Positions 32,824-42,924 are shown, counted from the stretch's first letter. The stretch is 64,000 bases of DNA from Anaerolineales bacterium (GCA_016932475.1 JAFGCU010000121.1:1474-65473); one strand, 5' to 3'. The notes: generated from the sequence alone by a model not told the origin. Made by a program: numbers and translations.

Positions 32824-33519
32824 ATGAAAATCCCCGGGATCATCGGCGGCATCGCCCCCGAATCCACCATTCAGTATTACCGGCTGATGATCGAGGATTT
32901 CCGCCGAAGAAAGCCGGACGGAACGTATCCGCCGATCCTGATCAACAGCATCGATATGAAACGCATGCTGGATCTGATCGGCGCGAACGACCTCCCCGGC
33001 ACGGCGGCCTACCTGGCCGGCGAGGCCGGAAAACTGGCGCGGGCCGGAGCGGAGTTCGCCTTTTTCGCCTCCAATACGCCGCACATCGTTTTCGAAGAAG
33101 TCCGGCGGCAGGCATCCATCCCGATGCTCAGCATCGTGGAAGCCACCGGCCAGGCCGCGCGGGCGCTCGGCATGAAAAGGGCCGGGCTGTTCGGCACGCG
33201 CTTCACGATGCAGGCCCGGTTTTATCCGGACGTCTTTTCGCAGCAGGGCATCCAAGTGATTGCTCCCGCGCCGGAGGAACAGGGATATATCCACGGGAAG
33301 TACATGGGCGAGCTGGTCGCGGGCGTCTTCCTGCCCGAGACCCGCGAACGGATGCTTGCGATCGCCGCGCGGATGCGCGGGCAGGACCGGATCGATTGTC
33401 TTATCCTTGGGGGAACGGAACTGCCGCTGCTCCTGACCGATGACGGCGGATTGGGAATTCCGTTTCTGGATACCACCAAGATCCATGCCGAGGCCGCGGT
33501 GGCGGAAATGCTCTCGTAA
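32824..33519 (+). CDS. Aspartate/glutamate racemase family protein
   Basis: MKIPGIIGGIAPESTIQYYRLMI, FFASNTPH and LILGGTELPLL are typical of Asp/Glu/hydantoin racemases. Confidence 0.88.
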   Translation: MKIPGIIGGIAPESTIQYYRLMIEDFRRRKPDGTYPPILINSIDMKRMLDLIGANDLPGTAAYLAGEAGKLARAGAEFAFFASNTPHIVFEEVRRQASIPMLSIVEATGQAARALGMKRAGLFGTRFTMQARFYPDVFSQQGIQVIAPAPEEQGYIHGKYMGELVAGVFLPETRERMLAIAARMRGQDRIDCLILGGTELPLLLTDDGGLGIPFLDTTKIHAEAAVAEMLS

Positions 33520-33564
33520 ACCACCGATCGCAACCCAGCCGGTTTCTCCATCCGAAGGCGGCGC

Positions 33565-34746
33565 ATGCTGCGAAAACCTGTCGTAATTTTTTCCCTGATG
33601 TTTTTCCTCATCCTCGGCTGCCAGTCCACAGCCGCCGCCGGCGGAATTCCCGCGACCGCATCTCCCCGGGAGCGGATCGCCTTTCCCGGAATCGGCGCCC
33701 ATGGAATATTCGATCCCTCCCTAACGCTGGATCCGGAAGACGGCCGGCTGTGGATGAGCTACTCGGCGGTGGACGGTTCGGTGGATTGGCCGGAACAGAA
33801 TCGCGACGGCGTTTCCATCCGCCTGGCGTATTCCGACAACCACGGCGGCACCTGGACCGATAGCGGCGCCGCGGTCAGCCCCTTCCAGGACGTGACCCTG
33901 CCGCTTTCTCCTCCGAACGACGCCGGCACCTGGGTCAGCGAAGTTTCCACGCTGGTTTACGATCCCGGAGCTTCTCCCGAAGAACGATGGAAACTGCTGT
34001 GGCACCACTATCTGATCGTCCATAACAGCCGGCGGTTCGAGCACGGCTGGATCGCGATGAAAGCGGCGCCCAACCCCGAAGCGCTGGCCGCCGCGCCGGA
34101 AGTAAAACTCTTCGCCGGGTATCTTTATGATCCGGGGAACAACACCGCGGGCGGCGGCTCGCGCGCTCCGGTTGGAAAGGAGCCCCGTATCCGACTGGAT
34201 ACCGCTTTGAGCCCGGATTTGAACACCTGCGTGTTTACGGAACCGGGGATGTACGCAACGGATGCCGCATTGTACATGAGCCTGGCATGCAAGCATCTCG
34301 CCGATTCCGATAGTTGGATCGTCCTCCTGAAATGCGCAAGCCCATGCGACGTCGAACGGTCCGGATCCTGGACCTATCTTGGAACGGCCTTGCGGAAATC
34401 GGATGCGGCCGCATTCGGATTCGACGAAGGGTTTTCGGCTCCCAGCCTTTTTGCTTCCGCCGGAAACGTTTACCTGCTGGTGACGCCGGTCCAGACCGGC
34501 GGGGCGCCCTGGTCCGATTATTACAGCGGCTGCCGCGTATTCCAATTTTCGGATTTGGAGGCCGCCCGGCTTCGAATGGACGGTTCGCGGCCCAAAACCA
34601 TCGGCGCCTGGGACGGATCGCCGGGAAGCTTCAACGGCGCCTGTGCTTTTCACCCCGCCGCCGACTCGAGCGGATTGTTGTACAGCGAATTGGTGCCTTC
34701 GGCGGTCGAGAAATTCCAGATCTTCAAGAGCCGCACCGTTTTTTAA
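33565..34746 (+). CDS. Secreted lipoprotein with Asp-box (BNR) motif, sialidase-like fold suspected
   Basis: Lipobox LILGC after a hydrophobic N-terminus. The Asp-box SDNHGGTW matches the SxDxGxTW pattern. No catalytic assignment is possible. Confidence 0.65.
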   Translation: MLRKPVVIFSLMFFLILGCQSTAAAGGIPATASPRERIAFPGIGAHGIFDPSLTLDPEDGRLWMSYSAVDGSVDWPEQNRDGVSIRLAYSDNHGGTWTDSGAAVSPFQDVTLPLSPPNDAGTWVSEVSTLVYDPGASPEERWKLLWHHYLIVHNSRRFEHGWIAMKAAPNPEALAAAPEVKLFAGYLYDPGNNTAGGGSRAPVGKEPRIRLDTALSPDLNTCVFTEPGMYATDAALYMSLACKHLADSDSWIVLLKCASPCDVERSGSWTYLGTALRKSDAAAFGFDEGFSAPSLFASAGNVYLLVTPVQTGGAPWSDYYSGCRVFQFSDLEAARLRMDGSRPKTIGAWDGSPGSFNGACAFHPAADSSGLLYSELVPSAVEKFQIFKSRTVF

Positions 34747-34816
34747 TTCGGCGGCTCCCCGGATGATTTCAGAGGCCGGTGTAGACCTCTTTGCGAATAC
34801 ACGCCCCCTCCTCTGT

Positions 34817-34908
34817 CCTCCCCCGTTTAGCGTAATCGAAAAAATGGCGTTTTTTTAGCGCTGGATTTTTATCCATGCCATAAACCAAGAACGCTAAACG
34901 GGGGAGGA
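34817..34908. repeat. Palindromic intergenic element (CCTCCCCCGTTTAGCG family), copy 2
   Basis: Arms TCCTCCCCCGTTTAGCG (34817-34833) and CGCTAAACGGGGGAGGA (34892-34908) around a ~58-nt AT-rich loop. It lies between convergent genes. Confidence 0.7.
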
Positions 34909-34921
34909 TGTGGGGTGAGGA

Positions 34922-36829
34922 TCAGTATTTCCATCCCAGCAAATTCCAATAATTCAAGCTCCAAAGGAATCCGGCCGACACCATGAGGACCAGCGAGTAA
35001 AGAATCCGTTCGGCCGCGCACCAGTATTTTTCCTCCCAGGCCCGGACAAGAAAGTATCCCGCCCCGATCGACAATACGAGTAAAAGAACCGGCAGCGCGA
35101 GAACCACGCTCAGAAGCGTTGTGTCCCCGTACGCGATCCCGCCGAACGCGAGGACAAACCCGGCCGGGAACAATAAGCCGGCAGCCGCGATCGCCGGGAA
35201 TATCCGGCGTCCGATTACCGCGGCGCGGGGGAGGGTCTCCGCGTTTTTAACAAAACGCCGGACGATCCAGCAGACCAGGGCGGCGAGCAGCGTCGCGAGG
35301 AACAATCCGGCGGATCCGATCAGGATCAGGTAATGCAGCGTGTAATCCGCGTGCCAGGGCATTTTTTCGAAGGCGGTCGTCGGATCATCCTGTGCGAAGG
35401 CGCGGGTGATGATCCCGTCCGCATCCGTCCGGAAGATCAGCCTGTTTTGGGGATCATCCTCCTGAACGAATTCCAGCGGTTCGACCGGGATAAACCGGAT
35501 CTCGCCGTACCAGGCGGAGGAGAGAAGCAGCGCGCCGTCGGCCGTCGGCGTCATGAGGATGGGTTCAAATAAAGTGCCTGCCTTTTCCACCGTCGTCTCC
35601 GCGAAGCGCCGGGTTTGCCGGTAGCTCCCGGCGAACTTCGCCAGCTCCTCCGCGGACAACTCGAGTTTGGCCGCAGGCGGGAGCGCGGCCGGGAAGAAGG
35701 CGTCCATAAATTCCTCAAGCAGCAGGGATTGCGCGTCGAAGGCGTTCTCGCTGTTGTAGACGACGAAGACGCCGATGTTCTTTTCCGGGATGAGCGCCAG
35801 CAGGCTGTGGAACAGGCGCGTATCGCCTGCGTGGCCGAGGGCTCGCACTCCGTTGCGGCTCATTTCATACAGCCCGTACGCCCACCCGTTCAGCAACGGG
35901 TCGTGGCCGAAGATCCGGGTGAGCATCGTCGCGGCGGTGCTTGCGCCGAGGATTCTCGCATGGCCATTCGCTCCGCCGCCCAGGATCGCGGTCATGAACC
36001 GCGCCATATCGGCGGCGGTGGAGGTCGCGCTCCCGGTCGGCGCGGGAACGATATATTCGAAATCCAGGCTCTGGAAATCCGCTCCGGTGAACACATACCC
36101 CTTGGATAACTCCCCCGCCCACGCGGCCGGAATCGGCTGATCCAGGCTGGTGCGGTTCATGCCCAGCGGAGCGAAGATATTTTTTTCGGCGTACCGGGCG
36201 AAGGGGATCCCGGAGACTCGTTCGACGATATACCCGGCGAGGCCTGCGCCGTAGTTGGAGTAGGAAGAAAACACTCCGGGGGCGCGCACGCGGGCGGGGA
36301 TGTTCCCGGCCAGCCAGGCCCCCAGAGGGGACTGGTCTCCCCCGGAAGCCGCAAGATATCCGGTAATCCGGTCTTCGAACCCGGCGCTGTGCGTCATCAG
36401 GCGGCGCAGCGTGATGGGTTCGGGGTACGTGTCGGGGATCCGGAAGTCGAGATACGAATTGATGTCCGCATCCAGATCAACCTCCCCCCGCTCGACCAGC
36501 TGCATCACCGCGGTCCAGACGAAAAGCTTGGTCGTCGAACCGATCCGAAAGAGGGTGGCATCCGGATCAGCCGCGATCCGGTCCTCCACATCCGCAAAAC
36601 CGTACCCCTTCGCAAAGACCGGCTCGCCGTTTTCGACGACAGCCACCGCCGCCCCGGCGATATGGAATTCCTCCAGCTGTGCCGGCAAGGCGCGGTCGAA
36701 GAATCCCCGGTACGCGCCGGCATCGGCCGGTCCTGCCTGCGCGCGGGAGGCCGCCGCGGGGCGGGGGAGATTCACCGCCAGCGCCAGGCAAAGCGCGGCC
36801 ATCGTGCTCCGAAAGCATTTTTTACCCAT
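34922..36829 (-). CDS. Serine hydrolase (beta-lactamase/PBP4* class C family) with C-terminal multi-TM region
   Basis: Signal peptide, then the SxxK motif FRIGSTTKLF. The C-terminal ~150 aa form 4 hydrophobic helices. GGAGGA SD lies 8 nt upstream. Confidence 0.88.
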   Translation of the reverse strand: MGKKCFRSTMAALCLALAVNLPRPAAASRAQAGPADAGAYRGFFDRALPAQLEEFHIAGAAVAVVENGEPVFAKGYGFADVEDRIAADPDATLFRIGSTTKLFVWTAVMQLVERGEVDLDADINSYLDFRIPDTYPEPITLRRLMTHSAGFEDRITGYLAASGGDQSPLGAWLAGNIPARVRAPGVFSSYSNYGAGLAGYIVERVSGIPFARYAEKNIFAPLGMNRTSLDQPIPAAWAGELSKGYVFTGADFQSLDFEYIVPAPTGSATSTAADMARFMTAILGGGANGHARILGASTAATMLTRIFGHDPLLNGWAYGLYEMSRNGVRALGHAGDTRLFHSLLALIPEKNIGVFVVYNSENAFDAQSLLLEEFMDAFFPAALPPAAKLELSAEELAKFAGSYRQTRRFAETTVEKAGTLFEPILMTPTADGALLLSSAWYGEIRFIPVEPLEFVQEDDPQNRLIFRTDADGIITRAFAQDDPTTAFEKMPWHADYTLHYLILIGSAGLFLATLLAALVCWIVRRFVKNAETLPRAAVIGRRIFPAIAAAGLLFPAGFVLAFGGIAYGDTTLLSVVLALPVLLLVLSIGAGYFLVRAWEEKYWCAAERILYSLVLMVSAGFLWSLNYWNLLGWKY

Positions 36830-36911
36830 CTTGATTTTCCTCCGTTATGGATTTTTAAAACTGCGGGGTCGGGCTATCCGCCCAAATCCGTCATCCCAAT
36901 GCCTAGCATGT

Positions 36912-37511
36912 TTACGGCTTGGTACCCTCCTCGCGGATGAACAGCTCCCCGCCCTCGCCTGCCACCGGCTCACCCGGATAGAAACTGATATTCACCGTGT
37001 ATGCGGCGCCGTCCTTCGGGCGGCGCTTTTCGTATTCCTCAACCAGCTTCATCAGCCGCGCCTGAAATTTGGGCACATCGCCCGGCGCGAGCCGCAGGTT
37101 TTTTAGCAGCCCGAAGACGGCCGCCTCATCCCCCTGGCCTTTCACCGCCTGAAGCGCCGCCGTCAGGCTGTCATGGAGAATCGACAAGGCGAGCGTCTTC
37201 TTGCCGGCCAGCGGCTCTCCCGCCAGGTTCACACTGAAATGGTACGCGGCCGCCCGGTAGAACTTTTCCAGGTTTTTTCCCGTGTCTCTTTTTTCCACCA
37301 GTCGGATCAGCCCCGCCTGCTCCAACAGTTTAAAATGATGGGTGATGTTGGCGGGGTGGACGCCCAGCGCCCGCGCAATCCCGGAAATGCTATGTTTCTC
37401 CCGGCCAAGCTGTTCCAGGATGTTCATCCGCACCGGATGCGCATACGCCCGGATTTTTTTATCCTCCGTGAGCACCATCTGCGTGACAGGAGCGAAGTCA
37501 TCGTTTGGCAT
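36912..37511 (-). CDS. ArsR-family HTH transcriptional regulator
   Basis: HPVRMNILEQLGREKHSISGIARALGVHPANITHHFKLLEQAGLI. It is divergent from the Tat-flavodoxin gene. Confidence 0.85.
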   Translation of the reverse strand: MPNDDFAPVTQMVLTEDKKIRAYAHPVRMNILEQLGREKHSISGIARALGVHPANITHHFKLLEQAGLIRLVEKRDTGKNLEKFYRAAAYHFSVNLAGEPLAGKKTLALSILHDSLTAALQAVKGQGDEAAVFGLLKNLRLAPGDVPKFQARLMKLVEEYEKRRPKDGAAYTVNISFYPGEPVAGEGGELFIREEGTKP

Positions 37512-37714
37512 ATTTATAATTATAGAATATTTTCTAATTATGTCAAGTGTTATTCGGACTTGCTTTGTCTTGTTATCCTTTCCAACTAGCTCATGTTCTT
37601 GGATTTTCGGGGATTATGATCGACACGGATCCGCCCCCAAACCGGACCAATAATATGCCTCTTCCTTTTTCCGGCCCGTGTTATCTTCAGGCTAATAATT
37701 ACAGGGAGCCCGAT

Positions 37715-38362
37715 ATGAATCGCCGAAAATTTTTTCAAATTGCCGGGATAACCGCCGGCGCCGGCGCCCTTTCCTGCGTGGGTCTGACGTATTGGGCTGC
37801 ACAGGAGCCGAAGGCCGATTTTTGCGAATTAAGCTGTCTTAAGGAGACGAACATGGGAGACGGGATTCTGGTCGCGTACGCGAGCAAATGCGGATCCACC
37901 GGCGAGATCGCCGAAGCCGTCGGCAAGGTGCTGTGCGAGTCTGGCGCAGCGGTCGATGTGAAGAGGGTTCAGGATGTGAAGGACCTCAAGCCGTATCGCG
38001 CGGTTGTCCTCGGGACGGCCATCCGCATGAGCAAACCGCTTCCCGAAACGGTGACGCTGGCCAAAAAGCACAGCGCCGCGCTCGCCGGGTTGCCGGTGGC
38101 CTGCTTCTCCGTTGGCATGGCGATGAATACGGATACGCCGGAAAACCGCCAGAAGGCTAAGCAGTTCCTAGCGCCGCTTCTGGATGCGGTTAAATCCCCC
38201 GTCGCGGTCGAGACCTTCGGCGGGAAGCTGGATTACAGCACGCTCTCGCCCCTGTTCCGCTGGATGTTCTCCCAGGATAAATCCGGCGAGATGGCGGAAG
38301 GCGATTGGCGCGATTGGGCTGCGATCGACGCCTGGGCCAAGAGCCTGATCCCGCTGCTGTAA
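37715..38362 (+). CDS. Flavodoxin-like fold protein with Tat signal peptide (paralog of 735-1388)
   Basis: I start at MNRRKFFQIAGITAGAGALSCVG (AGGGAG SD). ILVAYASKCGSTGEIAEAV matches the flavodoxin loop. The track start at 37547 lies in an AT-rich spacer. Confidence 0.8.
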   Translation: MNRRKFFQIAGITAGAGALSCVGLTYWAAQEPKADFCELSCLKETNMGDGILVAYASKCGSTGEIAEAVGKVLCESGAAVDVKRVQDVKDLKPYRAVVLGTAIRMSKPLPETVTLAKKHSAALAGLPVACFSVGMAMNTDTPENRQKAKQFLAPLLDAVKSPVAVETFGGKLDYSTLSPLFRWMFSQDKSGEMAEGDWRDWAAIDAWAKSLIPLL

Positions 38363-38420
38363 TCGGCGGCCGCGGAAGGCCGCCGCATCATCCAATCCAG
38401 CATCGCGAGTTTTTACCGGG

Positions 38421-39167
38421 GTGATCATGAAAATAAAAGCGGCGGTTGTGATTCTCGCTTTGTCGGCGGTCATTGGAATTCTCCATTTCGGCCTGAAGAA
38501 GAATATCGATTATTCGGCCATGCAGGTTTTCGAGACGCCGCATTTCCGGGTTTACCACTCCTCGCTCGCCGACGGCACAAAAGCCGACGTGGAGAATGCG
38601 CTGGAGAGCGCCTACCCCCGCATCGCCGGTTTTTTTTCGATGGACGGGGAAGAGCGGACGGTGATCGTGCTGTACCCCGGCGTCGAGGAGTTTCAACGCG
38701 CATACCTCGGCCATGTTCTTTCCCTGTTTTACGGAGATTGGGCGGCCGGAGCGTCGCAGGAAGACATGGTGCTTGCCGCATCCCCGGAGAATCCAGGGTC
38801 CGAGCACACCTATGAGGAGATTCTCCAAATCCTCGTCCATGAGTACGTGCATTCGCTGATCTACCAAATCAACGAGTTCCCGAATGTTTGGCTGGACGAA
38901 GGATTGGCCACATTCCTGGCCGGACAGGAGGGCGCCCTGCCCTCGCCCCTTCCCGGCTTTGCGGTATTTCAAAAAGATGATTTGGGCGCGTTTATGGATA
39001 ATGCCGGGTATGCCGTCGGATATTCGTATATGGAGTACCTGGATGCCGCCTACGGAAATGAAAAAATAATCCTGCTGATCCGGACCAATGATTATATGGC
39101 CGCCTTCGGTAAATCCGCGTACGACGTGTACTCCGAATGGATCCGGCATGTGGAAACGGGGAGCTGA
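38421..39167 (+). CDS. Membrane-anchored gluzincin-like metallopeptidase (HEXXH...E)
   Basis: N-terminal TM helix. HEYVH is followed by WLDEGLATFLAG, an MA(E)-clan-like arrangement. The start is either GTG 38421 or ATG 38427. Confidence 0.6.
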   Translation: MIMKIKAAVVILALSAVIGILHFGLKKNIDYSAMQVFETPHFRVYHSSLADGTKADVENALESAYPRIAGFFSMDGEERTVIVLYPGVEEFQRAYLGHVLSLFYGDWAAGASQEDMVLAASPENPGSEHTYEEILQILVHEYVHSLIYQINEFPNVWLDEGLATFLAGQEGALPSPLPGFAVFQKDDLGAFMDNAGYAVGYSYMEYLDAAYGNEKIILLIRTNDYMAAFGKSAYDVYSEWIRHVETGS

Positions 39168-39387
39168 ATTTCCACCGCCGGGATCCCCGGCATAAACATT
39201 TCCCCCGGCCGACGGATTCGTCCCAAACGATTCAGGCCAAGCCCACTCCCCTTTTGAGGGGGGGTATTTCAGATATGTACAGCCATGGCTTCCGTCGTTT
39301 CTTCCCGAAAGGTTAACCGGAAGGCGGATATAATGCGACTCGCAATCCCCAAACTCTCGCCGGAAGGTCAGAAAGGACCGGATCGAC

Positions 39388-40365
39388 ATGTATCCAAGGA
39401 AGTTATCGCCGGGGGATGAAATCCGGGTCGTCGCGCCCTCCATTTCGTTCGGATTCATAAATGCGGAGACGCGGGCAATTGCCAAAAAGCGCTTTTCCGA
39501 GCTGGGCTTGCGGGTCTCCTACGGCGCGCATTGCGAGGAACGCGATGCGTCCGATTCCTCCTCCATCGACTCGCGGATAGCCGATCTGCATGACGCCTTC
39601 GCCGATCCGCAGGTGGCGGCGGTGCTGTCCGCCATCGGCGGATACAACTGCAATCAACTGCTGCGCCGCCTGGATTTCGAGCTGGTCCGCGCGCATCCCA
39701 AGATCCTGTGCGGCTATTCCGATATCACCGTGCTGGGCGCATCGATCTACGCCAAAACCGGGCTGGTCACATATTCCGGCCCCCACTTCTCGACGTTCGG
39801 GATGGAAAAAGGGCTGGAGTATACGATCGAGAATTTCCGGAGATGCCTGATGCAATCCGAACCGTTCGACGTCGCGCCCTCCGAAGCCTGGAGCGACGAC
39901 GCATGGTTCCAGGACCAACTGAACCGCACGTTCATCCCCAATCCGGGATTCCAGATTATTCACGAGGGGCATGCGGAGGGCGTATTGCTGGGCGGCAATC
40001 TGTGCACCTTGAACCTGCTGCAGGGAACGGAGTACATGCCGCCGCTGGCCGGAAGCATCCTCCTGGTGGAGGATGAGAGTGAATCCAAACCCGGCAACTT
40101 CGACCGCGACCTGCAATCGTTGATCCATCAGCCGGGTTTTGAACACGTGCGGGGCCTGGTGATCGGCCGGTTTCAGAAGCAATCGGGGATGACGGCGGAA
40201 ATCATCACCGGCATCGTCGAAAGCAAAACGGAGTTGAAAAAGATACCGGTCATTGCCAACGCCGATTTCGGGCACACCACCCCGCACTTCACTTTCCCCG
40301 TCGGCGGCCAGGGCGCGCTGACCGTGGAAAAAGGCGCGGTGCGTTTCCGCATTCTCGAGCATTAA
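39388..40365 (+). CDS. S66-family LD-carboxypeptidase (LdcA/MccF-like)
   Basis: LSPGDEIRVVAPS, AVLSAIGGYNCNQLL, nucleophile motif CGYSDITVL, and the C-terminal DFGHTTP. Confidence 0.88.
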   Translation: MYPRKLSPGDEIRVVAPSISFGFINAETRAIAKKRFSELGLRVSYGAHCEERDASDSSSIDSRIADLHDAFADPQVAAVLSAIGGYNCNQLLRRLDFELVRAHPKILCGYSDITVLGASIYAKTGLVTYSGPHFSTFGMEKGLEYTIENFRRCLMQSEPFDVAPSEAWSDDAWFQDQLNRTFIPNPGFQIIHEGHAEGVLLGGNLCTLNLLQGTEYMPPLAGSILLVEDESESKPGNFDRDLQSLIHQPGFEHVRGLVIGRFQKQSGMTAEIITGIVESKTELKKIPVIANADFGHTTPHFTFPVGGQGALTVEKGAVRFRILEH

Positions 40366-40402
40366 AAAAAAGTTCCGCAGCCGGATCTATCCGGGAAAGG
40401 CG

Positions 40403-41374
40403 ATGGGCATGAACGCCGCGCAAAAAACCATCCTCCCCTTTGAATCCGTGCCGCAGGAGCTGTACACCCGCGGGAAGCTGTTTCACGGTTTCCGCGCGGA
40501 GGATCCCGCCTCCTATGCTCAAACGACGGATTTCGCCGTCTTCCGGCATTACATCATGACGGGCCGCGGCGCCTCGAGCGATCCGCACATCCGGATGATG
40601 CAGGCGCTGCACGACAACGCCGTCACCCAATCCGCTTCCGCGTTTATCGCCGGACGGCGGGTCGCGGCGATCATGGGCGATCACAAAATGGCGCGCGATT
40701 CCACGGTCTACCGTGATATCGTGCTGCTGGCCCGCCGCCTGACCCGCGGCGGCATCCTGGTCTGCACCGGCGGCGGACCCGGCGCGATGGAAGCCGGCCA
40801 CCTCGGGGCCTCGCTCGCCCCGGCGCAGGATGCGGATCTGGATGCCGCGCTGGCCGCCCTCTCGACCCGGCCCAGGGTGCCGGCGTTGATGGAAATCGTC
40901 GACTCGAGCGGCACGGTAAATTCCGCGCTCGCCGCCCAGGCGCACGCCTGGTTCAAACCGGCGTTCGAGATCGCCGCATCGCTGCGCGACCCCGGCCCGA
41001 GCCTGGCCTTCCCGACCTGGCATTACGGCCACGAGCCCTCCACCCCCTTCGCGACCCGCATCGCCAAGTATTTTCAAAACAGCATCCGCGAAGACGGACT
41101 GCTGGCGCTCGCCAAACACGGGATCATCTATTTCGAAGGCAAAGCCGGCACGCTGCAGGAAATTTTCCAGGACGGCGCTCAGAATTATTACCGGTCGTTC
41201 GGATTGTTCAGCCCGATGGTGTTGGTCGGGACGGATTATTGGAATAACAAAATTCCCGTGGTCCCCCTGCTGGAAAAGTTGTTTACGCCGGCGGATTTTT
41301 CCAGGTTCGTGCTGGTGACGGACGACCTCGATGCTGCGGCGGGATTTATCGAGGGGTTCCATCCGCAAGGGTGA
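40403..41374 (+). CDS. LOG-family (Rossmann, PpnN-like nucleotide nucleosidase) protein
   Basis: CTGGGPGAMEAGHLGA and YFEGKAGTLQEIFQ correspond to the LOG GGGxGxME and PGGxGTxxE motifs. Confidence 0.72.
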   Translation: MGMNAAQKTILPFESVPQELYTRGKLFHGFRAEDPASYAQTTDFAVFRHYIMTGRGASSDPHIRMMQALHDNAVTQSASAFIAGRRVAAIMGDHKMARDSTVYRDIVLLARRLTRGGILVCTGGGPGAMEAGHLGASLAPAQDADLDAALAALSTRPRVPALMEIVDSSGTVNSALAAQAHAWFKPAFEIAASLRDPGPSLAFPTWHYGHEPSTPFATRIAKYFQNSIREDGLLALAKHGIIYFEGKAGTLQEIFQDGAQNYYRSFGLFSPMVLVGTDYWNNKIPVVPLLEKLFTPADFSRFVLVTDDLDAAAGFIEGFHPQG

Positions 41375-41560
41375 CGCCCGGTCGTCGACCATGGACGGCC
41401 GACCATCGCCGAGAATCGGTGTTCGGCGCTCCGTCCCCACCTCCGCCGGAAATGGTTTTTTCCATGCCGATGGCCCATGGCCGATGATCGACAACCCCCT
41501 TGCGCCGGACCTCCAAAGAAAATAAACTGAATATCCGAAGTCCGGTACACGGAGGCTGCC

Positions 41561-42175
41561 ATGAAAACTCTGGAAATAACAGCCATGACGTGCTTCATTG
41601 CCGCGGGGGAAGCGTTCCTCGCGGCCGGTTTCCTTCTGGGCCGGGCTCCCCTCTCGGCGTCGGCGTCCGTTTTCTGGGGATTCACGATGCTGTTCCTTGC
41701 CGCGGGATTGCTCCTCGGCGGGCTCGACCACGGATTCTTCGAACCGAAGGGGGATACCCGCGGCCGGATGATCATGCAGAAAGCGACCTGGATCTGCACC
41801 GGCATCATGACCTTTTTTACGCTGCTCACCGCGCTCTACCAGTTCGCGCCCGCTGGATGGCGTATCCCCATCCAAATAATCGGTCTCGTGCAATTTCTGA
41901 TATTTTGCTTCTTCGCGATCAGGATTCACAACTATCTTGTAGTGATCATCAACTACGCCCCCATTTTGCTCATCCTGCTGGTCCTGAACATCGTCGGCCT
42001 GCCAGCCGGGACCGGGTCGTGGTGGTTTATCACCGGAATTCTGATTTCCATCATTGCCTCCATCGTCCAAGCCCTGGGCATCGACCATTTCTCGCCACTG
42101 GACCGGAACGGTCTGTATCACGTTGTGGTAATGGCGGCGATGGTGTTCCTCTTCGCCGGCGGGCTGGGGCTGTAA
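41561..42175 (+). CDS. Polytopic membrane protein, unknown function
   Basis: 204 aa with 6 hydrophobic helices. GGAGG SD lies 6 nt upstream. Confidence 0.7.
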   Translation: MKTLEITAMTCFIAAGEAFLAAGFLLGRAPLSASASVFWGFTMLFLAAGLLLGGLDHGFFEPKGDTRGRMIMQKATWICTGIMTFFTLLTALYQFAPAGWRIPIQIIGLVQFLIFCFFAIRIHNYLVVIINYAPILLILLVLNIVGLPAGTGSWWFITGILISIIASIVQALGIDHFSPLDRNGLYHVVVMAAMVFLFAGGLGL

Positions 42176-42255
42176 GGTGAAAGGAAATGTCATCCTGAGG
42201 CCGAGTGCTTTTGTGGCGAGGCCGAAGGATCTGCTTTTTCCAGGAGGATAATCGC

Positions 42256-42375
42256 ATGAACGGTCCCGACGTCCTTCCCGCCGATCCCCCGCGCAACCGG
42301 CTGGTCGGCCCAATGCCGAAGATCGGCATCCGGCCGCGATTCGTTCTTAACTTTTCCCAAGGAGGCGGCTCATGA
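42256..42375 (+). CDS. Candidate 39-aa small ORF, translationally coupled to the downstream membrane protein
   Basis: AGGAGGA lies 7 nt upstream of the ATG. Third-position GC resembles that of real genes. The stop forms an ATGA overlap with the 42372 start. Sequence MNGPDVLPADPPRNRLVGPMPKIGIRPRFVLNFSQGGGS. No homolog is known to me. Confidence 0.4.
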   Translation: MNGPDVLPADPPRNRLVGPMPKIGIRPRFVLNFSQGGGS

Positions 42376-42848
42376 ACGTATCCATGTGGATCATGTTCTT
42401 CATTGTCCTGATCGCCGGCGGCGTCGGGGGTGCGGTCAACGCCTTGATGACCGACAACGGTTTCCTTCGCCCGAAAATGGAAAAGGTCGACGATAAAACC
42501 AGCATCTTCCGGCCGGGGTACCTCGGCAACGTGCTGATCGGCGCGATCGCGGCCGTGATCTCCTGGGGCTTGTACGGGCCGCTCAGCCCGTACTACATCA
42601 TCGGCACGGAGCAGGCGCTTGCGGTCCACGCGCTTCCCGAGGCGGTCGGCTTGACTCTGGCGTCGCTGGTCGGCGCGATCCTGATCGGCATCGGCGGCGC
42701 CCGGTGGTTGACCGGCGAGGTTGATAAGAACCTGCTGCGCGCCGCGGCCGCGCGGGCTGCGGCTTCCAAGCCTTCAATGGGCGCATCCCAGCAAATCGCG
42801 ATGGCCACCCCGTCGCAGGCGCTTGAAGTCGCGAAAATGATGAAATAG
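42372..42848 (+). CDS. Small membrane protein (3-4 TM, Gly-rich helices), unknown function
   Basis: 158 aa, with IMFFIVLIAGGVGGAVNAL and GNVLIGAIAAVISWGLYG. AAGGAGG SD is present. Confidence 0.7.
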   Translation: MNVSMWIMFFIVLIAGGVGGAVNALMTDNGFLRPKMEKVDDKTSIFRPGYLGNVLIGAIAAVISWGLYGPLSPYYIIGTEQALAVHALPEAVGLTLASLVGAILIGIGGARWLTGEVDKNLLRAAAARAAASKPSMGASQQIAMATPSQALEVAKMMK

Positions 42849-42924
42849 GAAGCATCGACGGGCATGGGACGGCGCCTTCCATATCCTCCGGCCGCCGGCC
42901 GGCGATGAACGGGGAGAATCCTCC

